64,000 nt of DNA from the NCBI GenBank assembly GCA_051003155.1, contig JBPCLO010000048.1, positions 1 to 64,000 on the forward strand, given 5' to 3'. The position numbers and the translations under genes were made by a program. Numbering within the stretch: position 1 is the first letter of the stretch; each line of letters opens with the position of its first letter. This stretch comes from Fimbriimonadales bacterium. Lineage in GTDB: Bacteria > Armatimonadota > Fimbriimonadia > Fimbriimonadales > ATM1. Positions 53,958-64,000 of the stretch are shown in pieces. The notes under the pieces were generated by a model. It ran no database searches. It saw only the letters and a program-made list of their open reading frames with translations, and had not been told where the DNA came from.

Positions 53958-55109
53958 ATGAAGCCGGGAGCCGTTCTTGCCGACGAATTGATGCCGATCT
54001 ATCATAAGATCGCTGTCGGCGAGAGGCTTTCGTTCGATGACGGCGTTGCGCTTTACAGGTCCCGCAACCTAAGCGGTGTTGGCTATTTGGCGAATTTGGT
54101 GCGCGAAAGAAAGCACGGTGCACGGACTTTTTACGTGCGGAACCAGCACATCAACTACACCAATATTTGCAACAAATTCTGCAAATTTTGTTCCTTTTAC
54201 GCGAAAAAGGGTGGGCCACAGCCCTATGAGATGTCGATTCAAGAGGCGCGCCTGGCGCTGCGCCGCCATAAGCACATCCCAATCACAGAGGTCCATAGCG
54301 TTGGCGGAATCAATCCGCGCCTGCCCTATTCGTATTATATGGATTTCCTTCGAGCGATCAAGGAAGAGCGGCCGGGCGTTCACGTCAAGGCCTTCACCGC
54401 CGTTGAGATCGTGGAGATCGCCCGTGTCGGTAAAACTACCATTGAAGGAGCTTTGCGCGATTTAATTGAAGCTGGATTGGACTCCCTTCCCGGCGGCGGC
54501 ATCGAAGTGCTCAGCGATCGGGTTCACGAGGAGTTGTTCGGGCGCAAGCTTCGTGGCGAGGAGTGGCTCGAAGTGGCGAGGGTTGCGGCTAAGCTCGGCC
54601 TGAAGCAATACGCTACGATGCTGTACGGCCATATCGAAACCGACGAGGAGCGAGTGGACCACCTCATCCAGCTGCGTGAATTGCAAGACGAAACGGGCCA
54701 TTTCCTGTGTTTCACGCCGCTGAGCTTCCATCCGGAGAACACGGAGCTGGCCGACATCCCTCATCCCTCCGGTGATGCTGATCTAAGAAACATTGCGGTT
54801 TCACGCTTAATGTTAGACAATTTCGAACATATCAAGAGCTTCTGGATCATGAACACCCCGGCAGTGACGCAGCTGGCGTTGTGGTGTGGCGCAGACGATA
54901 CCGACGGCACGGTTTTGGAATACGAGATCACCTATGAGGATGGGGCCTGGGGCAACAAGAGCCAATCACTCGATCCTGCCGGGATGATCCACATGATCCG
55001 TGAGGCGGGCCGGGAGCCTATCGAGCGGGATTCACTCTATCATGAAGTGGTTCGCGATGAAGAGCCGGCCCGGCCTCGTCACCGCATCCCGCTACCGATG
55101 GCTCGCTGA
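53958..55109 (+). CDS. mqnE: CofH-family radical SAM enzyme, probable aminofutalosine synthase
   Basis: NYTNICNKFCKFCSF, HVKAFTAVEI, TMLYGHIET..ERVDH, AVSRLMLDNF.HIK.FW. Confidence 0.78.
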   Translation: MKPGAVLADELMPIYHKIAVGERLSFDDGVALYRSRNLSGVGYLANLVRERKHGARTFYVRNQHINYTNICNKFCKFCSFYAKKGGPQPYEMSIQEARLALRRHKHIPITEVHSVGGINPRLPYSYYMDFLRAIKEERPGVHVKAFTAVEIVEIARVGKTTIEGALRDLIEAGLDSLPGGGIEVLSDRVHEELFGRKLRGEEWLEVARVAAKLGLKQYATMLYGHIETDEERVDHLIQLRELQDETGHFLCFTPLSFHPENTELADIPHPSGDADLRNIAVSRLMLDNFEHIKSFWIMNTPAVTQLALWCGADDTDGTVLEYEITYEDGAWGNKSQSLDPAGMIHMIREAGREPIERDSLYHEVVRDEEPARPRHRIPLPMAR

Positions 55110-55132
55110 TCGCGCGCCATACTTGTCGTTTA

Positions 55133-55534
55133 ATGGAAGCGGTGACCAGATTCTGGACTGACGTTTGGTCTGAGGGCCGAGCCGAGTTGTTGCCGAGCCT
55201 TTTTGGACCGGGAGCCACCGAGAACGGAGAAATCCTCGACATCGACGCGTTTCAACAAGCCGTGCATCGATGGAGGTCGATCTTTCCCGACTTCAAGGCC
55301 GAAATTGATGAATTCCTGCCCGCCGGGGATGGGCGCGTGGTTACCCGGGTGACATACACCGGCACGCAGACTCGCCCATGGGCTGGGCTGCCTGCGACGG
55401 GAAAGACGATGCGTGTGATTGGCATAGACATCTTTCGAGTCGTAGACGGCCGCATCATCGAGTTGTGGCACTCGACCGATCATTTGGAAGCGGCAATTCA
55501 GTTGGGCGGGCGTCTCACCCCCGTAGACGGATGA
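55133..55534 (+). CDS. SnoaL-like ester cyclase family protein
   Basis: FPDF, GTQT.PW.GLPATGK...GIDIFRVVDGRIIE.W. Confidence 0.88.
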   Translation: MEAVTRFWTDVWSEGRAELLPSLFGPGATENGEILDIDAFQQAVHRWRSIFPDFKAEIDEFLPAGDGRVVTRVTYTGTQTRPWAGLPATGKTMRVIGIDIFRVVDGRIIELWHSTDHLEAAIQLGGRLTPVDG

Positions 55535-55604
55535 GATTCCGCGGATTAATTTCGGCAGACAATACAACTGTACGTACGTCTACCTGATCATCAGGTAAAA
55601 TAAG

Positions 55605-58502
55605 ATGGTGTCCCAAGACAAGATCGTTATTCTCGGAGCTCGGGAGCATAACCTTAAGAACATCAACGTCGAGATCCCGCGCGACAAGCTCGTCGTTATC
55701 ACGGGCCTGAGCGGCTCGGGCAAGTCTTCGCTGGCATTCGACACGATTTACGCGGAGGGCCAGCGGCGCTACGTGGAGTCGCTGAGCGCATACGCCCGGC
55801 AGTTCTTGGGGCAAATGGATAAGCCGGACGTGGACCACATCGATGGCCTTTCGCCGGCGGTCAGCATCGACCAAAAGTCGGCGAGCCGGAATCCGCGATC
55901 AACCGTCGGCACGGTCACAGAAATATACGACTACATGCGAATACTTTTCGCGCGGGCCGGGGTTCCCCATTGTCCGAACTGCGGCAAGGCGATCCAAAGG
56001 CAAACGGTCGAACAGATCGTCGACTCGGCTCTCTCCTTCGGAGACGGAGCGCGGTTACAGGTTCTAGCGCCGGTGGTTCGAGGGCGAAAGGGCGAATATA
56101 AGTCGGTAATTCAGGATATTCAGAAAGCGGGATTCGTGCGTGTGCGCGTCGACGGCGAGATGTACGAGGTCACGGACGATATTCCGGTGGACCGGTACAA
56201 ACAGCACACGATCGAGGCGGTCGTCGACCGGGTTGTCATAAAGGACGGCATCGAGCAGCGACTCGCAGATTCCGTCGAAACGGCCCTTAAAATGGGCAAC
56301 GGCTTGGTGTCGATTCATTCCCTGGAAGGCGAAGAGCGTCTTTTTAGCGAACAGTTCGCGTGTCCGGATTGCGGGGTCTCCCTGGGCGAAATTGAACCGC
56401 GAATGTTTTCGTTCAACTCCCCCTACGGCGCATGTCCCGAGTGTGCGGGGCTCGGAACTAAGACGGAATTCGACCGCGAGATGGTAGTTCCCGACCCGAA
56501 AAAGCCGCTTAAGTCCGGCGCTATCGCCCCATTTGTGCACAAGAACGGCGAATTAAAAGATTGGTGGCCGGATCTATTGGAAGGAGTCGGCAACAAATTC
56601 GGCTTCGATGCCGACACACCGTTCAAGAGGTTGCCGAAGAATATTCAAAACCTAGTTTTCGAGGGTACGGCCGAGCCGATAGCGGTCAACGTTCGGTACG
56701 GCTCGGGGCGGACTCGCGCATTCAATACGAATTTCGAAGGCGTTATCGCGATCTTGAGGAAAAGGTACGAGACGACCGAGAGCGAATGGGTTAAACAGGA
56801 CCTCGAGCAGTATATGTCTAGCCGGCCGTGTCCGGTTTGCAAGGGCCAAAAGCTCAAGCCGGAATCGCTGGCTGTAACCCTGGGCGAGAAAAACATCGCG
56901 CAAGTGAGTTCCTTTTCGATCGAGGAGGCGTACGCGTTTTTCTTGGCGCTCGCACCGAAATTGACCGCGAGGCAAAAGGCGATCGCCGAAAGAGCGGTCA
57001 AGGAAATTTCCGAGCGCCTTGGCTTCCTCGAGAAAGTAGGCCTAGGGTATCTGACCCTCAGCAGAAATGCCAACACGCTGGCGGGTGGAGAAGCGCAAAG
57101 GATCAGGCTGGCCACGCAGATCGGATCGGGGCTGATGGGTGTCTTATATATTCTCGACGAACCTAGTATCGGCCTGCACCAGAAAGACAACGGAAAGCTG
57201 ATCGAGACGCTTGTCCGGCTGCGCGACATCGGAAATACCGTTATTATCGTCGAGCACGATGAGGAGACAATTCGCTCGGCGGATTACGTGATCGACTTGG
57301 GGCCCGGCGCCGGCGAACTTGGTGGCGAAATCGTAGCGAAAGGGTCTTTGGAAGAGTTCCTAAAGTCGGATGGGCTTACAGCTCGTTATCTGACTGGAAA
57401 GGAAACAATTCCTGTACCAAAACAGCGACGAATCCCCGATGCCGCCTTCATCAAATTGAGGGGTGCTTGCGGTAACAACCTAAGATCGATCGATGTCGAT
57501 ATTCCGCTCGGCATGTTCGTCTGTATAACCGGCGTCTCAGGGTCCGGCAAATCCACGCTAATCCAGGACACGCTTTTCCCCAGGTTGATGTACGAAGTCT
57601 ACGGAACAAGGCACGCTTGGGCTCAGCATAAATCGATAAGTGGACTAGAAAGTCTCGACAAAGTGGTCGATATCGACCAGTCGCCCATTGGTAGGACCCC
57701 GCGAAGCAATCCGGCGACATACACCGGAACATTCGACCTCATTCGCGAAATATTCGCGCTCACGCCAGATGCGAAAATGCGAGGCTACAAGATCGGGCGG
57801 TTCTCCTTTAATGTTAAGGGCGGACGTTGCGAGGCGTGCCGCGGCGACGGCATCATAAAGATAGAAATGGTTTTCCTGCCAGATGTCTACGTGCCTTGCG
57901 ACGTTTGCAAGGGCAAGAGATATAACCGCGAAACGCTCGAAGTGAAATACAAAGGGAAAAACATTTCCGACATTTTGGAAATGACGCTGTCTGAGTCGCT
58001 CGAATTCTTCAAGCCGATTCCGAAGATTTATCGAAAGCTCCAAACACTGGGTGATGTCGGCCTCGGATACGTGAGGATGGGGCAGCCAGCAACGACGTTG
58101 TCCGGGGGTGAGGCGCAAAGGATCAAGCTCGCCGCGGAATTGAGCAAGCGGGCAACCGGCAACACGATGTATATCCTCGACGAACCGACTACCGGCCTGC
58201 ATTTCGACGACGTGAAAAAGCTCCTAGGCGTCCTCCATCGATTGGTCGAGCAGGGTAATTCGGTGCTTGTTATCGAGCACAACCTCGACGTGAGAAAGAC
58301 GGCCGATTGGGTGATCGATTTGGGCCCCGACGGCGGGGCCGCCGGTGGACAAATAATAGCTTCAGGGCCTCCGGAAGCGATCGCAAGAGCCTCGGCGAGC
58401 CATACCGGCAATTACCTAAAAACGATGCTCAAACCTCGTGCCACCACTAATGGAAAGGCAGTCGCGAGGAAGCCCGCAAAAGCCAAGCAAGCTCAGAGGT
58501 AG
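55605..58502 (+). CDS. uvrA: Excinuclease ABC subunit A
   Basis: [23 protein letters not shown], Zn fingers, second [11 protein letters not shown] and LSGGEAQR; start may be GTG 55608. Confidence 0.98.
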   Translation: MVSQDKIVILGAREHNLKNINVEIPRDKLVVITGLSGSGKSSLAFDTIYAEGQRRYVESLSAYARQFLGQMDKPDVDHIDGLSPAVSIDQKSASRNPRSTVGTVTEIYDYMRILFARAGVPHCPNCGKAIQRQTVEQIVDSALSFGDGARLQVLAPVVRGRKGEYKSVIQDIQKAGFVRVRVDGEMYEVTDDIPVDRYKQHTIEAVVDRVVIKDGIEQRLADSVETALKMGNGLVSIHSLEGEERLFSEQFACPDCGVSLGEIEPRMFSFNSPYGACPECAGLGTKTEFDREMVVPDPKKPLKSGAIAPFVHKNGELKDWWPDLLEGVGNKFGFDADTPFKRLPKNIQNLVFEGTAEPIAVNVRYGSGRTRAFNTNFEGVIAILRKRYETTESEWVKQDLEQYMSSRPCPVCKGQKLKPESLAVTLGEKNIAQVSSFSIEEAYAFFLALAPKLTARQKAIAERAVKEISERLGFLEKVGLGYLTLSRNANTLAGGEAQRIRLATQIGSGLMGVLYILDEPSIGLHQKDNGKLIETLVRLRDIGNTVIIVEHDEETIRSADYVIDLGPGAGELGGEIVAKGSLEEFLKSDGLTARYLTGKETIPVPKQRRIPDAAFIKLRGACGNNLRSIDVDIPLGMFVCITGVSGSGKSTLIQDTLFPRLMYEVYGTRHAWAQHKSISGLESLDKVVDIDQSPIGRTPRSNPATYTGTFDLIREIFALTPDAKMRGYKIGRFSFNVKGGRCEACRGDGIIKIEMVFLPDVYVPCDVCKGKRYNRETLEVKYKGKNISDILEMTLSESLEFFKPIPKIYRKLQTLGDVGLGYVRMGQPATTLSGGEAQRIKLAAELSKRATGNTMYILDEPTTGLHFDDVKKLLGVLHRLVEQGNSVLVIEHNLDVRKTADWVIDLGPDGGAAGGQIIASGPPEAIARASASHTGNYLKTMLKPRATTNGKAVARKPAKAKQAQR

Positions 58503-58515
58503 ACTTCCGGCGAGT

Positions 58516-59442
58516 ATGCAGACCGTTTTTGGATTAGAAACGCTCTCGCCGGGCTGGGCCGAGTCCACGGTTTGCATAGGTGTATTCGACGGCGTCCATC
58601 TCGGCCATCAATCGGTGATTCGCGCGGCTTGCGACAACGCAAGAGCGAACAGCCGGCCCGCAGTCGCCGTTACCTTCGACCGAAATCCGCTCGCCGTACT
58701 GAGGCCGGAACGCTGCCCGAAGACCATTCTTGGCCAGAACGCGAAGCTCGCCAAGATCGCCGCCCTGGGGATCGATCTGACGCTGGTCACAACGTTTGAC
58801 AAATCTTTCTCACAAATGCCTGCGCAGGAATTTCTGGAGAACGAGCTCCGGGCTCGCATTTGTGCCAAGAAGGTCGTTGTCGGCCACGATTTCGCTCTCG
58901 GCAAGGACAGGGTCGGCACGGCAGCGTGGCTGAGCGAGAGAATTCCGACAGAAATCCTACCTCCGCTCGAGCAGCGCGGCCGTCGTGTCAGCTCGACGGA
59001 AATCAGAAAGGACGTCGCCGAAGGGCAAGTGGCGGAAGCCGCAGCGCTGCTCGGTGGACCCTACGAACTGGCTGGGATCGTTGCAAAAGGCCAACAGCTT
59101 GGCAAAAAACTAGGCATTCCGACCGCAAATATCGTCCCGATCATCGATCAAGTGATACCGAAGGACGGAATTTACGCATGCTTCGGCACAGCACCCCAAG
59201 GCCGCTTTCAAGCGGCTGTCTCGTTAGGAACAAGGCCGGCAATCGAGGGCGCAGGTTTCGCCATCGAAGCGCACCTCCTGGACTTTCCAGACCGCGACTT
59301 GTATGGCAGGTTCTTATCGCTCGAATTCGTTGCGCGCCTGCGAGACGAACTTTGGTTCGATTCTCATGAGAATCTCGTTGCGCAGATTCGTCTGGATATA
59401 GAGAACGCGAGAGAGACACTTGAAGAACGCAGCAAGACCTAA
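58516..59442 (+). CDS. ribF: Bifunctional riboflavin kinase/FAD synthetase
   Basis: IGVFDGVHLGH, VGHDF..G, VSSTEIR, GIPTAN, IEAHLLDF. Confidence 0.95.
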   Translation: MQTVFGLETLSPGWAESTVCIGVFDGVHLGHQSVIRAACDNARANSRPAVAVTFDRNPLAVLRPERCPKTILGQNAKLAKIAALGIDLTLVTTFDKSFSQMPAQEFLENELRARICAKKVVVGHDFALGKDRVGTAAWLSERIPTEILPPLEQRGRRVSSTEIRKDVAEGQVAEAAALLGGPYELAGIVAKGQQLGKKLGIPTANIVPIIDQVIPKDGIYACFGTAPQGRFQAAVSLGTRPAIEGAGFAIEAHLLDFPDRDLYGRFLSLEFVARLRDELWFDSHENLVAQIRLDIENARETLEERSKT

Positions 59443-59956
59443 GCTTCCCGTTTGGCTGATCGCCCTTGTACTCGCGGCCTTAGCCTTGTTCATATTGCTG
59501 CTGGTCAACTTCGTCGCCGTGCGCTCAAAGCCCGATGACGAAGCGCAAATCAGGGCGGCGATCGAGGAGATGCGCGTGGCGAGCTTAGAAAACAAACCTG
59601 GAGGCGTGCAGAAATACCTGTCCGAGAGTTTCGAGCTTCCGGAGGGGGTCGCCTCCGGTGACGGAATGTTTGACAACCCGAAGGCGCGGGTGGCTACATT
59701 CATCCGTAGGGCCAACTTCAGCGAGCTCACTATCAGCGACGTCAAGATTCAAGTTGCGGGCGGCGCGGCGATCGCGACTGTGCACGCATCAGGCTCCCTC
59801 TCCTACCCACCTTTGCCGACCGATTTCAGCTTTGACTTCCCGGAGATGCAGATCGAGTTCAAGCGTGAAATGCGGAACCGGCTATTGCTGATTTCCGACC
59901 CCACCTGGTCGGTTGTGCGCGTGTTCGGCGTGCGGTTGGAAGACATCGGGCAGTAA
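59420..59956 (+). CDS. Hypothetical membrane-anchored protein, NTF2-like
   Basis: N-terminal TM, DEAQIRAAIEEM, YLSESF; overlaps the ribF end. Confidence 0.65.
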   Translation: MKNAARPKLPVWLIALVLAALALFILLLVNFVAVRSKPDDEAQIRAAIEEMRVASLENKPGGVQKYLSESFELPEGVASGDGMFDNPKARVATFIRRANFSELTISDVKIQVAGGAAIATVHASGSLSYPPLPTDFSFDFPEMQIEFKREMRNRLLLISDPTWSVVRVFGVRLEDIGQ

Positions 59957-59972
59957 TGCTAAACTCGAGGTC

Positions 59973-61091
59973 ATGCTCGATCCCCGAATAACTCGCCTCG
60001 CAGAGCTCTTGGCGATCCACAGCACACGCCTCGAACCGGGCGATAAAGTACTCATCGAAGCCTTCGATATTCCCGCGGAATGCACGGCCGAGATGGTTCG
60101 CATTGCGCGGTCGAAGTGCGCCGAGGTTTTCGTCCAGACGTATCAAGCGGCCGTGCAAAGAAGCCTGTTGCGTGGGATCACCGAGACAGGCGCCGCGACG
60201 TATGGCGAGATCGACGCGAACCGCATGGACCGGATGGACGCCTATATCGGGTTGCGCGGGACCAACAACTTTGCGGAAATGAGCGACATACCCGATGACA
60301 ACAACAAGATTTGGATGAAAAAGTATCTGAATCCGGTGCACTTCGATCGACGGGTTCCAAAGACGCGATGGGTTGTTCTGCGCTGGCCATCAGCGAGCAT
60401 GGCCCAGCAGGCACAAATGAGCACCGAGGCGTTCGAGGATTTCTACTTTCGTGTATGCACGCTCGACTACGCGAAAATGGAGCAGGCGAGCAAGCCGCTG
60501 CAAGAGCTAATGGCCGCAACGGACATGGTCGAAGTAGAGGGGCCAGGCACGAACCTGAGTTTCAGCATCAAAGGAATCGGCGCCGTGCCATGTACCGGCC
60601 TGCGCAATATCCCTGACGGCGAGTGCTTCACGGCACCTGTCAAGGATTCGGTGAATGGGACTCTGCAGTTCAACACGTCCACCCTCAATCAAGGAAAGCT
60701 GTTTAAAGATCCATGTTTGACACTGAAAGATGGAAAAGTGATCGACGTAGATGCGGGACCAATGACCGAAGCCTTCAACAACATTCTCGATACTGACGAA
60801 GGCGCCCGCTACGTTGGCGAGTGGAGCCTTGGGTTCAACCCCTACATACTCACGCCGATGCTCGACACGCTCTTCGACGAGAAGATCGCCGGCAGCTTTC
60901 ACTTCACGCCCGGCAATGCGTATTTAGAAGCCGACAATGGCAACCGATCGGCTGTCCACTGGGACATGGTATGCATCCAGCGTCCCGAATTCGGTGGCGG
61001 CGAGATCCGGTTCGACGGCAAAATTGTCCGCCAAGATGGCCATTTTGTATTAGCTTCCCTGCAAGGGTTGAATCCTGACCACTTGGGCTAA
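59973..61091 (+). CDS. Aminopeptidase, M29 (AmpS/PepS) family
   Basis: MAQQA.MS, NIPDGECFTAP, DTDEGARY.GE, LFDEKI.GSFH, N.SAVHWDMV. Confidence 0.93.
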   Translation: MLDPRITRLAELLAIHSTRLEPGDKVLIEAFDIPAECTAEMVRIARSKCAEVFVQTYQAAVQRSLLRGITETGAATYGEIDANRMDRMDAYIGLRGTNNFAEMSDIPDDNNKIWMKKYLNPVHFDRRVPKTRWVVLRWPSASMAQQAQMSTEAFEDFYFRVCTLDYAKMEQASKPLQELMAATDMVEVEGPGTNLSFSIKGIGAVPCTGLRNIPDGECFTAPVKDSVNGTLQFNTSTLNQGKLFKDPCLTLKDGKVIDVDAGPMTEAFNNILDTDEGARYVGEWSLGFNPYILTPMLDTLFDEKIAGSFHFTPGNAYLEADNGNRSAVHWDMVCIQRPEFGGGEIRFDGKIVRQDGHFVLASLQGLNPDHLG

Positions 61092-61119
61092 CCTGCAACT
61101 TTCCGGAGGCTTAAAGCGT

Positions 61120-61125
61120 TATAAT
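61120..61125 (+). promoter_or_regulatory. Candidate -10 box for the RRM gene
   Basis: TATAAT about 135 nt upstream of the ATG. Confidence 0.5.
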
Positions 61126-61259
61126 AAGAGCGTTACGGCCCCGAGTCAATCACGAGCATCACTTTCTGCCTGGCAGATTGCGACGAACGAGAAAAGCTAC
61201 GAGTACCGAAACAATCGCAATCAAAGAGCCGAAAAAACGGCTCATCAGGAGTAACAGAA

Positions 61260-61652
61260 ATGGCAACAAAATCCCTTTACGTTGGGAATCTTCCCTACTC
61301 GACAACCGAGGCGGGACTGCTCGAACTTTTCGAGCCCTACGGCGCGGCATCCGCTCGCATCGTTGAAGGTCGAGGCTTCGGCTTCGTCGACGTCGATGAC
61401 ACCCAGGCTGAACAGGCAATCGCCGACAAGCACAACACCGACCTCTCTGGCCGCAATATTGTGGTCAACGAGGCTCGCCCACGCGAGGATCGCGGCGGCA
61501 GTGGTGGTGGTGGCGGCTACGGCGGCGGTGGCGGTCGAAGCTACGGCAGCGGCGGAGGCGGCGGTGGCGGTGGCAATCGCGGTGGCGGTGGCGGTGGCAG
61601 CTACGGCGGTGGAAACCGCAGTGGCGGCAGCAGCGGCAGACGCGGCTACTAA
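61260..61652 (+). CDS. RRM RNA-binding protein with Gly-rich tail
   Basis: LYVGNL (RNP2), RGFGFV (RNP1), VNEARPRE; AGGAG SD. Confidence 0.95.
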   Translation: MATKSLYVGNLPYSTTEAGLLELFEPYGAASARIVEGRGFGFVDVDDTQAEQAIADKHNTDLSGRNIVVNEARPREDRGGSGGGGGYGGGGGRSYGSGGGGGGGGNRGGGGGGSYGGGNRSGGSSGRRGY

Positions 61653-61661
61653 ACCAGTTCA

Positions 61662-61698
61662 CGGGCCGTCTGATCTTTAGGGTCGGACGGCCTGATTT
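61662..61698 (+). terminator. Intrinsic terminator after the RRM gene
   Basis: GGGCCGTCTGATC-TTTAG-GGTCGGACGGCCT then GATTT. Confidence 0.65.
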
Positions 61699-61733
61699 AC
61701 GTATCTAATCCGCGAGAATCAAGGAGAAGTAGC

Positions 61734-62366
61734 TTGCTCATCATCGTTTTGACTGTTTTAGGAATGATCGTCGTTTCGAGCGTTATCGAAGGACTTCTCC
61801 ACCAGTTCATTTTACACACGCCCCAGAAGAAGGTCTTGGGCGGTATCTTATATCCCGCCTTCAATGCCCATGCCATCGAGCATCACCCGGCTTACCGGGA
61901 CGAGCACTACCATCGTGAGGCGCCCGATCACGAGAAACGGATCAGTCTTGAGTGGTACACGCTACCCATCATGCTGATCATCACTTCCCCGATCGCATGG
62001 TTCATGTGGACCCGGTTCGGCGTCGGCCCCGGCCTCGCAGTCCCGATCACGATGACGCTTTACTACGCGACCTACGAGACGCTTCACTGGCACATGCACT
62101 TCCCACCGAGGAACGGCAAACTTCGCTGGTTCGAGAACATCAAGCCGGTCAAGATGTACTTCGATTGGTTCGACAAGCGGCACTTCATCCATCACTTGGC
62201 AGACGACCGCAATTTCAACGTCGTGCTTCCGGTCTATGATCTGCTCACGGGCCGTTACACCACTAACGAGAGAAACATCCCTTGGGCAATCCGTCTGCGC
62301 ACCGCGAAGAACAAGAGGAAGTCAGAAGCAATTCGGAAGGCTCGGGCAACCGAACCTTCGCAGTAA
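61734..62366 (+). CDS. Fatty-acid hydroxylase/sterol desaturase family membrane protein
   Basis: His boxes HQFILH, HAIEHH, HWHMH, HFIHH, then NFNV. Confidence 0.8.
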   Translation: MLIIVLTVLGMIVVSSVIEGLLHQFILHTPQKKVLGGILYPAFNAHAIEHHPAYRDEHYHREAPDHEKRISLEWYTLPIMLIITSPIAWFMWTRFGVGPGLAVPITMTLYYATYETLHWHMHFPPRNGKLRWFENIKPVKMYFDWFDKRHFIHHLADDRNFNVVLPVYDLLTGRYTTNERNIPWAIRLRTAKNKRKSEAIRKARATEPSQ

Positions 62367-62650
62367 GCACACTTACGAAGACGGGGAACGGTCCTTAGCC
62401 CCACGTCGCTACGATCGTGTAAGTAATCACCTGCTCCTCGTCGGACTTTAAGGGCACCAGATACTCGAAAGTGTTAGAGTCCTTCTTGACGCTCTTCAGG
62501 GTTTCGCGCGCGCTGACAAAGCGCGGCAACGGCGAGCACCGAAGTTGAGATCATTGCCCGTACCCTCCCTTTCATCAGGTGCGGCGATTGCCAACCTTGG
62601 TCGGTTACTGCGTTGTGATCGACTGCTCTGGTAGTCTGGAGACGGGAGCG

Positions 62651-64000
62651 ATGAGAAGCAATTGGGACGATTGGGTTTCGGCATCTAAAATTAGAAACTG
62701 GTTTCGTGACGACCCTCTGCTCGATTGGCTGGACCTTTACGGCGAGGCGAACGGGTTCATTCCGGACCACAAGCGTCAGGGTTATGACCCTACCACCGAC
62801 TTCGGGCGGTTTATTTTCGAGAAAGGGAGGCAGTTCGAGGCCAAGGTCATCCAGCACCTAGAGAGCAAGTTGCAAATCCGCCGGCTAAGCACACCGTGGT
62901 CGGGGAGTGCCCAGGAGGCTTGGGAGGCGTGGGCCACCGAAACCGATACGCTCCTCCAGGACGGTGTGCAGGCGGTATACCAAGGTGCTGTCATGGATCC
63001 GATTTCGCGGATGTACGGGCGGCCTGGCCTCATTCTCCGAAATGACGTTTTGAATAGTATCTGCGACGAAGTACCCGAGGTACGCGGTGATGATCATCAC
63101 TACAGCGTGATCGACATTAAATATGCCGGCCTGGATCTCTTGAAGAAAGGCGGCATAAGCACCACTAGCAATCGCCTTAGCCAACTGCTCGTCTACAACC
63201 GTGGCCTTGCGGCCGTCCAGGGGACTTTCTCACCTCTCGCGTACCTACTTGGAAGGACCTACGAGTGGCAGAAGGTTAGGCACGAAAGCTGCTTCGCGAT
63301 GCTTGCGCCCGCGCGAATGGATGATGCGCAACTCACCAAGAGTGTGGATATGGCGGCAGTTTGGATGCGCCGAGTTCGCGCTGAGGGCGCCGATTGGCAA
63401 GTTGAGCCGGAACCGACCCTCGACGAGCTGAGGCCAAATATGGGCAACACAGAAGACTCGCCCTGGCATCAGGCGAAGCGGGAGATCAACGAGAGCCTCA
63501 AGGACCTCACGTCGCTGTGGTACGTCTCTGCAGGCAAGCGTCCGCTTGGCCTGAACCGCGGGATTTCTCGCTGGGACGACGTTAAGTGCGATCCTTCTGT
63601 TTTCGAGCTGCCCGATGACCGTGCGCGCGTTCTCGACTGCATCCTTGCAAGCCAGCGGCCCGAGGCTGCGCTGGTTTCGCCGGAACGCATCTCAACCGAT
63701 CGCAATTTGTGGCAGCCAAGAAAGCTAATCGAATTCTATGTCGATTTCGAAACGGTAAGCAACCTCGACGACGACTTTGCGACCTTTCCGGAGGCGGGTG
63801 GGCAACCGCTCATCTTTATGATCGGCTGCGGCCACGAGGAGGGCGGAGAATGGAAGTTCGAGTGTTTCATTGCCGACCGGTTGGACGAGGCATCCGAGGC
63901 CCATATCATCGACGCATGGATCGAGCACATGTCTGACCTGGCGGCGCGATTCGGTGAGGCTACGCCGTTGGTGTTCCATTGGTCCCCCGCCGAGACCTCG
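62651..64000 (+). CDS. TM0106/RecB-like nuclease with RNase H-like (YprB) domain, runs off the window
   Basis: 450 open codons translated manually: VSASKIRNW..DPLLDWL, KGRQFE, VYQG, GRPGLILR, YSVIDIK, QLLVY, FYVDFET, IFMIG, FHWSPAE; GGGAG SD. Confidence 0.8.
   Translation, partial: MRSNWDDWVSASKIRNWFRDDPLLDWLDLYGEANGFIPDHKRQGYDPTTDFGRFIFEKGRQFEAKVIQHLESKLQIRRLSTPWSGSAQEAWEAWATETDTLLQDGVQAVYQGAVMDPISRMYGRPGLILRNDVLNSICDEVPEVRGDDHHYSVIDIKYAGLDLLKKGGISTTSNRLSQLLVYNRGLAAVQGTFSPLAYLLGRTYEWQKVRHESCFAMLAPARMDDAQLTKSVDMAAVWMRRVRAEGADWQVEPEPTLDELRPNMGNTEDSPWHQAKREINESLKDLTSLWYVSAGKRPLGLNRGISRWDDVKCDPSVFELPDDRARVLDCILASQRPEAALVSPERISTDRNLWQPRKLIEFYVDFETVSNLDDDFATFPEAGGQPLIFMIGCGHEEGGEWKFECFIADRLDEASEAHIIDAWIEHMSDLAARFGEATPLVFHWSPAETS

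Noticed and set aside
61492..61650. GGC/GGT trinucleotide-rich tract as an independent repeat
   Set aside because: It simply encodes the Gly-rich tail of the RRM protein
62367..62650. Intergenic stem-loop region as tRNA or attachment site before the nuclease
   Set aside because: No tRNA features or direct repeat recognised

Overview
GC-rich bacterial chromosomal window; protein sequences and gene content suggest Armatimonadota (Fimbriimonas-like; inference). The core is the minus-strand translation supercluster fusA / tuf-rpsJ / rplC...rpsQ / spc / alpha / truA-rplM-rpsI (about 11.6-47.9 kb). It is broken at five points by unrelated genes, including an EF-G2 paralogue inside spc and two secreted paralogues coupled between rpsS and rplV. 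Most resulting segments have their own candidate promoter, and rpsL-rpsG are absent. The left end (1.6-5.0 kb) holds an intact RAYT HUH transposase inside mirror-symmetric REP-like repeats, surrounded by decayed polymorphic-toxin/immunity cassettes (Imm8, a hidden GIY-YIG toxin tip plus LRR gene, an SCO4402-like fragment). Other notable signals: a shared ~150-aa C-terminal domain on two unrelated secreted beta-propeller proteins, a structured rplC leader with a terminator-like hairpin, -10 boxes 6-10 nt before many start codons (leaderless genes), two apparent pseudo-enzymes, a 21-bp periodic array, and a TM0106/RecB-like nuclease running off the right end. No rRNA, tRNA or CRISPR array was recognised. 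All calls are by eye, without database searches.
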